Below are positions 1-9,412 of a DNA stretch of 32,000 bases, one piece after another. Under the pieces are notes generated by a model. The model was not told where the DNA came from. It ran no database searches and saw nothing but the letters and a program-made list of their open reading frames with translations. The first letter of the stretch is position 1, and each line of letters begins with the position of its first letter. This stretch comes from Polynucleobacter necessarius (GTDB lineage Bacteria > Pseudomonadota > Gammaproteobacteria > Burkholderiales > Burkholderiaceae), in contig NZ_LT606950.1 of the NCBI RefSeq assembly GCF_900095195.1, forward strand, positions 270,001 through 302,000. Direction: 5' to 3'. The translations under genes and the position numbers were made by a program.

Positions 1-2
1 CC

Positions 3-356
3 CTGGATCTTATTGAAAATCTAAAAATCTCGGTAGTGATTCCGGGTCACGGCAAAATCTTCACCGATGTTACAAAATCCATCGCTACAGCGCTCTCTCG
101 ATTAGACTACTTGGCATCCAATTCTGATCGAAATGCTCGCCATGGAGCTAAGGTGCTTTTGAAGTACAAGCTAATTGAGTGGCAAATAAAAGAATTGAGT
201 GAGGTTAAAGAGTAGATTTTGAATACACCCGCTTTAAAGAGCGCAGCGTATCAACTCAATATAGATGACGAGGAGTTTTCTCAATGGCTGCTACAAGCTC
301 TGGTTAAATCCGGAGCTGCCCTGTGCGATGGAATGAATTTAATGGATCAGGTTTAA
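3..356 (+). pseudogene. MBL-fold metallo-hydrolase, C-terminal part (5' end outside window) with an in-frame TAG
   Basis: The frame starting at 3 reads LDLIENLKISVVIPGHGKIF...KYKLIEWQIKELSEVKE. After a TAG at 213-215 the same frame continues ILNTPALKSAAYQLNIDDEEFSQWLLQALVKSGAALCDGMNLMDQV to TAA 354-356. The PGHG motif is typical of the MBL-fold C-terminal half. Confidence 0.55.
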
Positions 357-399
357 TAAGGGGATATATGGAACATACTGTTTTAGTGACTGGTGCTAC

Positions 400-776
400 G
401 GCTATGCGCTAGGTCTCGATATGACTCGTAGAGATCTACAGCGGTTTATGGGAGATCAAAAGAAGCCCTGGGAAATTGGTAAGTCGTTTGATTACTCTGC
501 CCCAATCGGCCCAATCTATACCGTAGATAAAATTGGTCATTTCCAGAAGGGTGCTATTGCGCTATCGGTAAATGGCGTAACTAAACAGAGCGCTGATTTG
601 AGTCAAATGATTTGGTCGGTGGCTGAACAGGTTTCAAAGCTATCCGAGGCAAATGAATTATTCCCTGGCGACATATTTATTCCGGCACTCCTGAGAATGT
701 TGGTCCTGTTGTCAAAGGCGATGTAGTACGCTGTACGATTGCCGGCTTACCGGATTTGGTAGTGAAAATCGTTTAA
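400..776 (+). pseudogene. Fumarylacetoacetate hydrolase (FAH) family remnant, 5'-truncated and frameshifted
   Basis: GYALGLDMTRRDLQ...GKSFDYSAPIGPI...MIWSVAEQVSKLS...PGD lies in ORF 421-726. After about 680 the sense moves to another frame: GTPENVGPVVKGDVVRCTIAGLPDLVVKIV, then TAA 774-776. The N-terminal half expected for this family is missing upstream. Confidence 0.7.
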
Positions 777-781
777 GATCG

Positions 782-1526
782 ATGCGCGTATTGCTAGCCT
801 TAGGGCTTTTATTCGTCTCTTTGGGAACGCATGCCGTTGAGTATCGCTTTTATTCGGCGGCAGGCGTCAAGGCTCCTTTGACAAATCTTTCGGAAATTTT
901 TAATCGTAATCAGTCTGGATATCGAATCGTGAATGATTTTGATACCGCAGGAGCTGCAGAAAAAAAATTTTCGAGGATACTAAAAGTACTTGCTTAATCA
1001 CCACCAAAGTTCGCATGGACAACGCCATCAAAGCCGGCACTCTTCCGATGAATAGCGCAACACCATTGGTAGATACTCTTGCAGGAATTTCCTCTTCAAA
1101 TACGGTAAAGCCAGTTATTAAGAACTCGCAGCAATTAACCGATGTTTATTACAAGCAAAGTCGATTGCATTCTCGGACCCCGAGAGAGGCGCAACCGTGG
1201 GCCGTCATTTTCAGCAGGTGATTAAAAAACTCGGCATTGAAGATCAGGTATTAAAAAAATCCATACTGGCAAGCGATGGCGTCGAGACCATGAAACTGGT
1301 TTTGGCAAAAAAAGTCGAGATAGGAATCGCGCAAATGAGTGAGGTTATTCAGGCAGATCGAAGTGCACTTGTTGGGCCATTTCCCCCCGAATATGAATTG
1401 GCAACCCGATATTCGTTATATTGCAAGAATCGGGATCAAGACAAGCTGGCATCGTTTATTGGTTTACTGCAATCCCCGTTCGGCAATCAAGTATTCAGGA
1501 GTTCTGGCTTACGTCCGGTGCAGTAA
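782..1526 (+). pseudogene. ModA-like periplasmic substrate-binding protein (ABC transporter), two frameshifts
   Basis: Three consecutive ORFs (782-997, 1015-1221, 1197-1526) read as one protein once frames are switched. The signal peptide MRVLLALGLLFVSLGTHA...FDTAGAAEKKF is followed by a shift at the A8T4 run (960-971) into EDTKSTCLITTKVRMDNAIKAGTL. A second shift near 1150 leads into LLQAKSIAFSDPERGATVGRHFQQVIKKLGIEDQV... Confidence 0.7.
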
Positions 1527-1535
1527 ATAGCTGGA

Positions 1536-2075
1536 TTATGGATTTTTCTTCCATTTGTAGAATTTGGGATAGATGCGCATCACGGTTGGACCATTAAAGT
1601 CCCAAGTTTTGCATGTGCCTAAATACAGGGGAGGCTGATTTCCATCGATATCCATTAGGGCCCCGGGTATCGCTTGAAAAGCTGCTGTCGCTAGATTATT
1701 TAAGAGCTCTCTTAAATGCGTGCAGCCTGCAATTCCGCCTAAGTGCGTTTGAATGGTTTTGCGCCACCCCTTGCCCAATTGTTCTCCAATGAGTGCATTC
1801 ATGGGCGGAATAACATGGGGGCATTCAGGATGAGGATGTCCATCCATCGCAACTTCTATGCCTTGAATAATTAACTCACTATTGAGAGTCAGGCGCACCC
1901 ACTTGTCATGGAAAGCTTCACCCGGTTGGTAGGTTGTGGTTCCTGTGACAAAGGGCGTTGTCTTGTAATCACGAAGATGCCCTTCAATATCCCAAAGACC
2001 ATCTTCCCTGGCAAAACCCTGAAAGGTAATTTCGCGAGTGTGCAGCAGTGAGCAGGGCTGTGGTTTGGAGAGCAT
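1536..2075 (-). CDS. DUF2889-family protein
   Basis: Uninterrupted 179-aa ORF. The pattern MDGHPHPECPH...GIAGCTHLRELL is one I recognise from DUF2889-type proteins. Confidence 0.65.
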   Translation of the reverse strand: MLSKPQPCSLLHTREITFQGFAREDGLWDIEGHLRDYKTTPFVTGTTTYQPGEAFHDKWVRLTLNSELIIQGIEVAMDGHPHPECPHVIPPMNALIGEQLGKGWRKTIQTHLGGIAGCTHLRELLNNLATAAFQAIPGALMDIDGNQPPLYLGTCKTWDFNGPTVMRIYPKFYKWKKNP

Positions 2076-2175
2076 CAGGCATTAATTCATTGGTTCTGTA
2101 TTTCTCAATGATAATGAATTGTTTGGTGGTTCATGAGCACACGAAAATACCTTCCCTGTAGTATCCTTTGCGACT

Positions 2176-2902
2176 ATGGCAAAACCCATTTCCCTCGAAA
2201 AAATCCTCTTTAGTCAGGGATTCGGAACGCGTCGTTATTGCAGTGATCTCGTGTATGCCGACTTAGTTAAGGTGAATGGTGTATTGGCTGAAGACCCAGA
2301 GGAGCGGATCTCTACCGAGGGTTTAATGCTCAATGTGGATGGCCAAGATTGAGAGTATCACGAGAAAGCCTATATCGCGTTTCATAAGCCACCGAACTAC
2401 GAGTGCTCGCACAAAACTACGCATCACCCAAGTGTATATAGCTTATTACCACCCCCATTGATTGAGCGCGGCTTGCAGTGTGTTGGACGGCGGGATTGCG
2501 ACACTGCAGGGTTGCTATTGATTTCCGATGATGGGCAATTTATCCATAAAATGACCACGCCCAAAAAATATTGGCAAGGTATATAAGATCACTACGCCCG
2601 AGCCCATTACCCAGGCTCAAATTGATCATTTAATGAATGGCGTTGTCTTGGAAAATGACCCTCGGCCTTGCTATGCAACGGCTTGCAAGCAAGTATCGGA
2701 AAATATTCTAGCGATGACCATTGTTGAGGGTCGCTATCATCAGGTAAAGCGAATGATGGCTGCGGTCGGAAACCATGTGGCTAAGTTGCATCGCGTTGAA
2801 ATTGGTGCCTACGTTATGCCTGCAGATCTGGAAGGGGGTAAATGGTGCTGGCTCTATCCCCAAGATTTACAACAGTTATCACAAAGTGTTGATCCAAAAT
2901 GA
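2176..2902 (+). pseudogene. rsuA: RsuA-family pseudouridine synthase with an in-frame TGA and a frameshift
   Basis: An S4-like N-terminus MAKPISLEKILFSQGFGTRRYCSDLV is followed by a TGA at 2350-2352. The GRRDCDTAGLLL motif corresponds to the family RLDxDTxGLLL motif. An indel in the A6 run (2563-2568) shifts the frame into KNIGKVYKITTPEPITQAQIDHLMNGVVL...EGRYHQVKRMMAAVGNHV (ORF 2633-2902). Confidence 0.8.
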
Positions 2903-3198
2903 GCCGATTCATATTAGATGCTAATTTTGACTTTAGGGGTGCCATTCTCCAATGGCGTCTTGCGCCGTCAGGTATTCAAATTAGCCGTGAATTTGTCTTC
3001 CAGGATTTTAAGCAAGCCTTTGCGTTCATGACGCTCTGCGCGCAATATGCAGAAGAGATTGACCACCACCCAGATTGGCAAAATTCTTGGAACAGGGTAA
3101 CTGTCAGCCTAACTACGCATTCAGCAAAGGCGCTCACTGAACTCGATATTCAGTTAGCAAAGGCAATGGATCGTTTTGCGCTCCAGCTGCAACCTTGA
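2899..3198 (+). CDS. phhB: Pterin-4-alpha-carbinolamine dehydratase
   Basis: Intact 99-aa ORF whose start overlaps the previous stop (ATGA). Family pattern FQDFKQAFAFMTLCAQYAEEIDHHPDW...VTVSLTTHSAKALTELD is present. Confidence 0.8.
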   Translation: MSRFILDANFDFRGAILQWRLAPSGIQISREFVFQDFKQAFAFMTLCAQYAEEIDHHPDWQNSWNRVTVSLTTHSAKALTELDIQLAKAMDRFALQLQP

Positions 3199-3201
3199 CG
3201 A

Positions 3202-3417
3202 TTAATACTCTTCACCCTCATGATCCTCTTCATTGAGGCTCATCAAAATGGTTGCCAATAACCCATAAACGATTTCAGTCGGAATCATGCCATCCTCATC
3301 GAGTTCGTCCATGACGTCATTTAGGCAATCCTCAGTAGGCTCGTTGAGCAAGGTCATGGCGCATTCGCACCCATAATCAAAATCTTCGTCGTTTTGGGTT
3401 TGATGTTCGTTTGTCAT
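3202..3417 (-). CDS. Small, highly acidic hypothetical protein (71 aa)
   Basis: Intact ORF with AAGGA 6-7 nt upstream of the ATG. It is rich in D/E and carries a C-x-C...C pattern. No family recognised. Confidence 0.45.
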   Translation of the reverse strand: MTNEHQTQNDEDFDYGCECAMTLLNEPTEDCLNDVMDELDEDGMIPTEIVYGLLATILMSLNEEDHEGEEY

Positions 3418-3551
3418 AAATGTCCTTGATTGGGCGTTCAGAATAGCAAATAAGGCCTACTTAGGATAGAAATATCCCAAGTTTAGGATGTGCACCTGCA
3501 AAAAATTCAGAATAATTTATAGTCATTTAAAACTAAAACAAAGGAGGCAGT

Positions 3552-3895
3552 ATGCAGCTAAATATCAATGGGCAAACCCACAATATTGATGTTGAACCCA
3601 ATATGCCCTTGTTGTGGGCGATTCGAGAGGTAGTCGGTTTAACTGGAACGAAATACGGATGCGGTGTTGCCCAATGTGGCGCCTGTACCGTTTATCTGAA
3701 TGGCGAACCAGTACGTTCTTGCTCTATTCCGGTTTCTGCAGTGGGCGCGGCCAAAATTACAACCATTGAATCTCTGTCAAAAGACAATAGCCATCCTGTT
3801 CAAAAAGCATGGATTGCTTTAGACGTGCCTCAGTGTGGATATTGCCAATCCGGTTAGGTGATGACAGCTGCTGCCCTATTAAAGTGAATTCCAAA
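3552..3895 (+). pseudogene. iorA: (2Fe-2S)-binding small subunit of an IorAB/aldehyde-oxidase-type molybdoenzyme, 5' part with two in-frame stops
   Basis: RBS AAGGAGG at 3541-3547. Reads MQLNINGQTH...GCGVAQCGACTV...QCGYCQSG, TAG 3855-3857, VMTAAALLK, TGA 3885-3887, IPK. Sense ends at CCAAA 3891-3895. The C-terminus is at 26658-26811. Confidence 0.85.
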
Positions 3896-4623
3896 AACGC
3901 TTGGACTGCTAGAACAGAGCTTGATATGGTCTTACAAATGATTTGCAACTGGCTGGCTATATCAACTCTTATTACACCAGCGCTAACCAGAACTACACCA
4001 ACCCAGAGGCCTGTGGTGATACACCAACCTGTACGGGTGGATATGGCGTGCCATCATCACATGATCCATCAACTGCATATCGACGCGGCGGGATCGAGGG
4101 CGGATCACTGGAAGTGATTTACCGCATCACGAATCCCGTAACTTCACCAGTTGGTGTCGGCTTATACCTCGAACCAACTTGGGGTAGAAATAAAGATGAG
4201 CTTGAGGCACGCTTACTCCTTCAATCGAACTTTATTGATGATCACTTGGTGCTGGCAGGCAACATTGTGGTTGCGAATGAACGTCTCAAATTTATTGAGA
4301 ACAATAATGTCCCAGAATCCATGCTCGACTTTTTGGTAGGCGCTAGCTATCGATTTGCACCCAAGTGGTCCGCAGGCGTTGAGGCCCGTTTTCATAACGA
4401 CTATTCCGAACTGAATTTACGCAACCAAGTCCAACGCGCAACCTTTATTGGACCCAACTTTCACTATGCAGAAAAAGACTGGTGGCTAACAGGCGCATGG
4501 CGCTATCAACTGGCTGGCGGCACCTGTATGGGCGGCGGCGAAGCCGAATGCTCCAACGCCCGTGTGTGGGACAGCCATTCAGTCAATGAATTCATCCTCA
4601 AAGTAGGCTTTCCACTGAACTAA
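3896..4623 (+). pseudogene. Secreted/outer-membrane-like protein of unknown function, 3' part (5' part at 26472-26657)
   Basis: NAWTARTEL is followed by a 1-nt frameshift near 3923, then YGLTNDLQLAGYINSYYTSANQ...WRYQLAGG...EFILKVGFPLN (ORF 3943-4623). There is no start codon or signal peptide here. A matching signal-peptide fragment sits at 26472. Confidence 0.7.
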
Positions 4624-4664
4624 AGCAACTTCTTTTGAACGGCCTTACGAAATAAAGACTCGCT

Positions 4665-5213
4665 ATGCATTATTGGAAATCCAGTCCGCACCTTATTGCT
4701 GGGCTAGCCATATTAACGACACCAATTTTTTCGCAAGTCAAAATTTATGTCTCCACTGAACAAGCTCAGCAAATTCTTTTCCCAAATAAAGTTCTCACAA
4801 AGTCGTCCATCATCATTACAAATGATTTACAGGAAAAGATGCGCTCAGCATCGAGCATTCGACACCCATTTCAGGGTGATCGCATTTGGAAAACTGCTGA
4901 TGGCGGTTGGTTTGTTGTGGATGAAGTCGTTGGCAAACACCAAATAATTACCTATGCCGTTGCCCTGAGTCCCAAAGGAGGCATTCTCGGGATTGAGATC
5001 CTGGAATACGTGGAGTCCTATGGCTACGAAGTTGCTGAAGCGCAATGGCGAAAACAATTTATCGGAAAAACGATCTCCGACCCCATCAAACTCAATCAGG
5101 ATATCCAAAATATTGGGGGCGCCACGCTTTCGTGCAAACACCTTACCGATGGCGTGAAACGCATTACTGTGCTCTATGACTTAGCACTTAAATTTCCCGC
5201 TAAAACGAAATGA
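4665..5213 (+). CDS. FMN-binding-domain protein (NqrC/RnfG-like), periplasmic
   Basis: Intact 182-aa ORF with an N-terminal hydrophobic segment. It carries the flavinylation-type motif GGATLSC (Thr codon at 5124-5126), as in ApbE substrates. Confidence 0.7.
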   Translation: MHYWKSSPHLIAGLAILTTPIFSQVKIYVSTEQAQQILFPNKVLTKSSIIITNDLQEKMRSASSIRHPFQGDRIWKTADGGWFVVDEVVGKHQIITYAVALSPKGGILGIEILEYVESYGYEVAEAQWRKQFIGKTISDPIKLNQDIQNIGGATLSCKHLTDGVKRITVLYDLALKFPAKTK

Positions 5214-5223
5214 GTAATGCGCT

Positions 5224-6048
5224 ATGACACGCTGCAAGCCTCTTCTGGGAACATTCGTAGAAATTGCGATTGACTCCACTCAAGATCAAGCCCCAATAGA
5301 GCATGCTTTCTCAGCGATCCAACAGATTCAGGAATTAATGGGATTTCATCATCCAGAAAGCGAGCTGAGTCGAATCAACCAACACGCTCACACTCAGGCG
5401 GTAGATATTCATCCGTGGACTGGGCAAGTGCTACGAATTGCCAAGCAGGTTCATCGACACTCCCGCGGCGTATTCAATTGCGGGATTGGTCATTGCTTGG
5501 TAGCTGCTGGCCTTTTGCCGAGACACATTGACTATTGGCAATCATGATTTAGGCGGTATTGAGGATATTCACTTCCTCACGTCGGAATTAATCACTGCAT
5601 CTCGACCCGTTTGCTTGGATCTCGGCGGAATTGCCAAAGGATTTGCTGTAGATATGGCGGTCAAGATTTTGATCTCGGAGGGAGTTTCCGCAGGTATCGT
5701 CAATGCAGGTGGCGATTTAAGAGTTTTCGGAGACTACAGCAAGCCTATTTATATTCGTAACCCTAAAAATCCCATTGAGCTTTTAGAGCTAGGTGTGCTG
5801 CAAGATAGCGCCATGGCAACAAGCAGCCTCTATTTCGCCCATCGCGATCAGCAATCAAGCTATATCTCATCAACCCGATCGCTCAAGATGCAACTGAGGT
5901 GCACATTCAATCGAATGCTTCGTATTCCATCCTAGCAAAAGAATGTGTTTATGCGGATGCATTAACCAAGGTCTTAGCGATTACCAAGCAAGTTGACCAT
6001 CCTTGCTTTCGTCATTTCTCAGCCCAAGCAATACAAATCGCAGCATGA
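5224..6048 (+). pseudogene. apbE: ApbE-family FAD:protein FMN transferase, at least two frameshifts
   Basis: MTRCKPLLGTFVEIAI...ELSRIN (ORF 5224-5547) continues after a shift as LDLGGIAKGFAVDMAV...VNAGGDLRVFG (ORF 5528-5935). A further shift leads into AKECVYADALTKVLAITKQVDHPCFRHFSAQAIQIAA, ending at TGA 6046-6048. Confidence 0.8.
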
Positions 6049-6486
6049 GTCGCCTAGGAAAAATGCCCAACCGGCAAAAATGGTTTGTGACCTTAGGGCT
6101 ATTGACTTGTTCTGTCAGTGGCAGCGCCTATCTCCTCGGACATCAATTTCGTATATATCGTTCCGTTCTAGGCTTTTCGTATATATCGTTCCATTCTAGG
6201 CTCTCACACTATCTTGGCCACTCACGGAGTGGCTGCCATGCTCGCCATCTTGGCGCTTGGCTCCGTTCTGCCGTTTCATCTGAAGGCGGGCTTTAAGTCG
6301 GGACGTAAACGTATCAGTGGTTTTGGCCAACTCAGTTTTCTAGGCCTTCTGATAGGCTCCGGCGCACTGTTGTACTATGGGCCTGAGGTTATACGAGATA
6401 TCACCGTCAATATTCATTGGGGTATTGGTTTGTTATTTATGGTTATTTTTGTCTGGCACGCCATCTTTTATCGGTATCAAAAATGA
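6045..6486 (+). pseudogene. His-rich 4-TM membrane protein disrupted by a 28-bp tandem duplication
   Basis: MSRLGKMPNRQKWFVTLGLL...GHQFRIYRS (frame of ORF 6003-6296) and ATHGVAAMLAILALG...IHWGIGLLFMVIFVWHAIFYRYQK (ORF 6214-6486) become one frame if one 28-bp repeat copy is removed. Confidence 0.7.
6151..6206. repeat. 28-bp tandem duplication (2 copies, 2-3 mismatches)
   Basis: GTATATATCGTTCCGTTCTAGGCTTTTC (6151-6178) is followed directly by GTATATATCGTTCCATTCTAGGCTCTCA (6179-6206). Confidence 0.9.
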
Positions 6487-6537
6487 ACTCCAAATAAGCG
6501 GCGGCTTCTAAGCATTCGCACGATAAAATGCCATGCA

Positions 6538-7356
6538 ATGGACTTCTCGATATTGATTAGCCCCTCCCTTGGCATCTTAGTCGGTATTTTGATGGGCTTA
6601 ACTGGTGCTGGCGGTGGCATTTTATCCGTGCCCCTACTGGTTTTTGCATTACACCTTCCCGTCGCAGAGGCAGCTCCAATCTCTTTGTCTGCAATCGCGC
6701 TCGCCGCCGGGGTTGGCGCACTACTGGGATTTAAAAATAATATTCTGCGTTACAAAGCAGCAGGCTTAATGGCAATATTTGGCTTGCTGTTCTCGCCGAT
6801 TGGTCTCTGGCTGGCTGGAAAAATTCCAAACGGTCCACTCTTAATCATCTTTAGCACGATTTTGTTTTACGTTTCTATTCGACTCTATCGGCAGGCTCAT
6901 AAAGCAATCCATGGCATTGCAGATTTTGATAACAAACCGCCTCCACCCTGCTTGCTGGATAAGTCTGTTGGCAAACTGGCCTGGAACGTTCCCTGCGCTA
7001 GAGCGTTAATGTTTTCTGGTGGTCTTGCGGGACTGCTCTCAGGGCTTCTAGGCGTAGGTGGTGGATTTGCCATTGTTCCTGCACTCAAGCGCTACACCGA
7101 CCTCCCTACTAAATCGGTTGTGGCCACCTCACTTGGGGTCCTAGCGATTGTGGCCAGTGGTGGCACATTGTTTTCAGTAATTTCAGGAAAATTTGATTTG
7201 GCAATAGCCACTCCATTTGCTACTGGAGCACTAGCAGGATTATTGGTGGGCAGATCGATTGGCAAGAAATTAAGTGGCCCCAGATTGCAGCAACTCTTTG
7301 CCATCACCGCATTCGCTGTTGCTATCAGCCTACTATTTAAAGGCTTTCATTCTTAA
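6538..7356 (+). CDS. TauE/SafE (DUF81) family anion exporter, membrane protein
   Basis: Intact 272-aa polytopic ORF with the duplicated G-rich motifs LTGAGGGILSVPLL and LLGVGGGFAIVPAL typical of the family. Confidence 0.8.
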   Translation: MDFSILISPSLGILVGILMGLTGAGGGILSVPLLVFALHLPVAEAAPISLSAIALAAGVGALLGFKNNILRYKAAGLMAIFGLLFSPIGLWLAGKIPNGPLLIIFSTILFYVSIRLYRQAHKAIHGIADFDNKPPPPCLLDKSVGKLAWNVPCARALMFSGGLAGLLSGLLGVGGGFAIVPALKRYTDLPTKSVVATSLGVLAIVASGGTLFSVISGKFDLAIATPFATGALAGLLVGRSIGKKLSGPRLQQLFAITAFAVAISLLFKGFHS

Positions 7357-7367
7357 GTTATCCAGAA

Positions 7368-7396
7368 TAAAAAAGCCCTTATTGCTAAGGGCTTTT
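7368..7396. terminator. Bidirectional rho-independent terminator
   Basis: AAAAAAAGCCCTT-ATTGCT-AAGGGCTTTT lies between convergent genes. Confidence 0.75.
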
Positions 7397-7418
7397 GATT
7401 GGATGAGCTTGCACTAGA

Positions 7419-7790
7419 TTAGTGACCGCCAGCACCACCTAAGTAAGCAGCTTTTACTGCTGGATCATCTTTGGGTTTGGCAGCTGGACCATGCGTCGGG
7501 ATTGCTGTCATCTCACCGAAAAGCTGCACGTTTTGGAAAGTACGCGCGATGTCAGACAAAGCAATATCCGAGGATGTCTTACCAACCACTGTCTCGCCAG
7601 CATAAAGAACGTTACCTGTAGTCGGCTTATAAATACCAGTGAGTACGTTCATCATGGTGCTCTTACCAGAGCCGCTTGGTCCAATCAAGCCATGAATGGT
7701 GTCGCGCTTAATACTCAGATCAACGTTGTTCAGCGCTTTCAAGCCACCAAACTGCATGAGGATCGAATCGACCTTGAGAAGCTCTTCACA
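7419..7790 (-). pseudogene. livG: livG::livF deletion fusion (branched-chain amino-acid ABC ATPases)
   Basis: EELLKVDSILMQFGGLKALNNVDLSIKRDTIHGLIGPSGSGKST...RTFQNVQLFGEMTA (LivG N-terminus, Walker A, Q-loop) runs directly into ...DDPAVKAAYLGGAGGH (LivF-type C-terminus). The signature motif and Walker B of livG, and most of livF, are absent. The 5' boundary is approximate. Confidence 0.7.
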
Positions 7791-8847
7791 AAGCCAACAA
7801 TACCGTTTTGTAGGTAGTAAACCACCAACAAAATCATGAAACCGAAAATACTTAAACGCCAGTCAGAGATGACGTTAAGCCAGAATGAGAATGCAGCCAA
7901 ACCAACCACACCTGCAATCGGAATCGCAACCCGTCTTGGGGTGGTTAATTGCTTTGACAATGCCAAGCCAGCACCGGCCAGTACAGTGAGAGCAATGATA
8001 GAAGCAACGATACGGAATAAGAAAATATCGTCGAGGAGTTTTAGTAGCAACACAATAATGGCCGCACCCAACAATGCACCCAAACGTGACTTGCGTCCAC
8101 CCATGATGATGCCAAGCAAGAACAAAACTGCGAGCTCATTGTTGTAGGTGTTCGGAGAAATGTACTGCTCAGAGTAGGCATACAAGCAACCGGCTAAACC
8201 AGCAAATGCAGCACTGATCACAAATGCGATCACTTTGAAGCGGTATACCGACACACCCATACAGTCACAAGCAATAGGACTATCGCGCAATGCTTCGAAC
8301 GCACGACCAATTTGAGATTTAACGAAACGGTCAACAACGATCATAGACATGATCAAAATCGCTGATACCATCCAGAAATACTCCGCTTTAGTCATGGGTA
8401 CGCCCATGAGTTCGGGCTTTGGAATCTTGATACCCAGAGGGCCCTCAGTCATCCAGGTCATCTCGTTAATCAGAATCTGCGTAATGGTTCCAAATGCTAG
8501 GGTCACCATCGCCAGATAGGGTCGATCACCTTCAACGCAGGCAGGGCCAAAATACCGCCGAAGATCGAGCTCACGATGATTGCTGCAGGCAACGTTCCCA
8601 AGATAGTCCAACCAAAGTGGAAATACAAAACACCCGCTGTGTATGAGCCGATTCCAAAGAGTGCTGCGTGACCCAATGAAACTTGACCAACATAACCAAC
8701 CACAATATCCAATCCGCACAACAAAACAGTGTAGATCAGAATGGTTTCAACTAAGTGAATGTAATACGGGTTATGAATCACCAACGGCAACACTATCAGC
8801 GCAGCAATCGCAATTAATAGAGGTAGTAGAGACTTCAATTTCATCAT
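7791..8847 (-). pseudogene. livM: LivM-type ABC permease, frameshifted
   Basis: The N-terminus is in ORF 8503-8847 (MMKLKSLLPLLIAIAAL...GQVSLGHAALFGIGSYTAG...ALPALKV). The remainder is in ORF 7739-8719 (GDRPYLAMVTLAFGTITQ...IMGGRKSRLGALLGAAII...). The frame switches near 8520. Confidence 0.8.
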
Positions 8848-9092
8848 TAAACTTTCTTAATTGCAGATTTGCCGAAGAGACCGGATGGTTTGTATGCCAA
8901 CACAAGCAATAAAAAAATCAAACCTGAAACATCTTTGTATCCAGTGGAGATGTAAAAACCGGTAGCGGTTTTTACAATTCCTAAAATCAGGCCACCCACA
9001 ATAATTCCGAGACCGCTTGATAAGCCACCAATAATGGCTACTGTGAAAGCCTTCAGACCCAATGCACCACCCATCGTTGCGCCGGTGAGCGT
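8847..9092 (-). pseudogene. livH: LivH-type ABC permease, 3' fragment only
   Basis: Only the last ~80 codons look like LivH (GATMGGALGLKAFTVAIIGGLSSGLGIIVGGLILGIV...YKPSGLFGKSAIKKV). The upstream part of ORF 8847-9233 is antisense to the cbiX fragment. Confidence 0.7.
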
Positions 9093-9094
9093 TA

Positions 9095-9412
9095 ATGGAG
9101 CAAGTTTTTGAATGGTTGGAAAGCCTTTGGAAAGATCAGCATCCAGATGTTTTGGCAGAGTTAGCGTTTTTAGAAATGATGCAACCCTCTCTGGAAGAGG
9201 CGATCGCTGCTTTGGGGGGAAAGGGCGTAACACAAATTACTATCGTTCCCGTCTTTTTTGGTCAGGGCGGTCATTTACGGAATGACTTTCCGTTACTGCT
9301 CAAAGAGTGTCAGCAGAAATTTCCGAAAGTTGCTTTAAGCACGACGCCGGCCGTTGGCGAGGATCTCGCAGTCTTGCAGGCGATTATCGATTGCGGGGCT
9401 CGCGTTCTTTGA
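9095..9412 (+). pseudogene. cbiX: CbiX-type sirohydrochlorin chelatase, 5'-truncated
   Basis: ...LAELAFLEMMQPSLEEAIAALGGKGVTQITIVPVFFGQGGHLRNDFP... is present. The N-terminal HGS(R) strand expected for CbiX is missing. The fragment abuts the livH fragment head-to-head at about 9092. Confidence 0.6.

Noticed and set aside
8847-9233. A 128-aa minus-strand ORF that could be a complete small permease.
   Set aside because: Only the last ~80 codons resemble LivH. The N-terminal part is antisense to the cbiX fragment, so this is a chimeric ORF created by a deletion.
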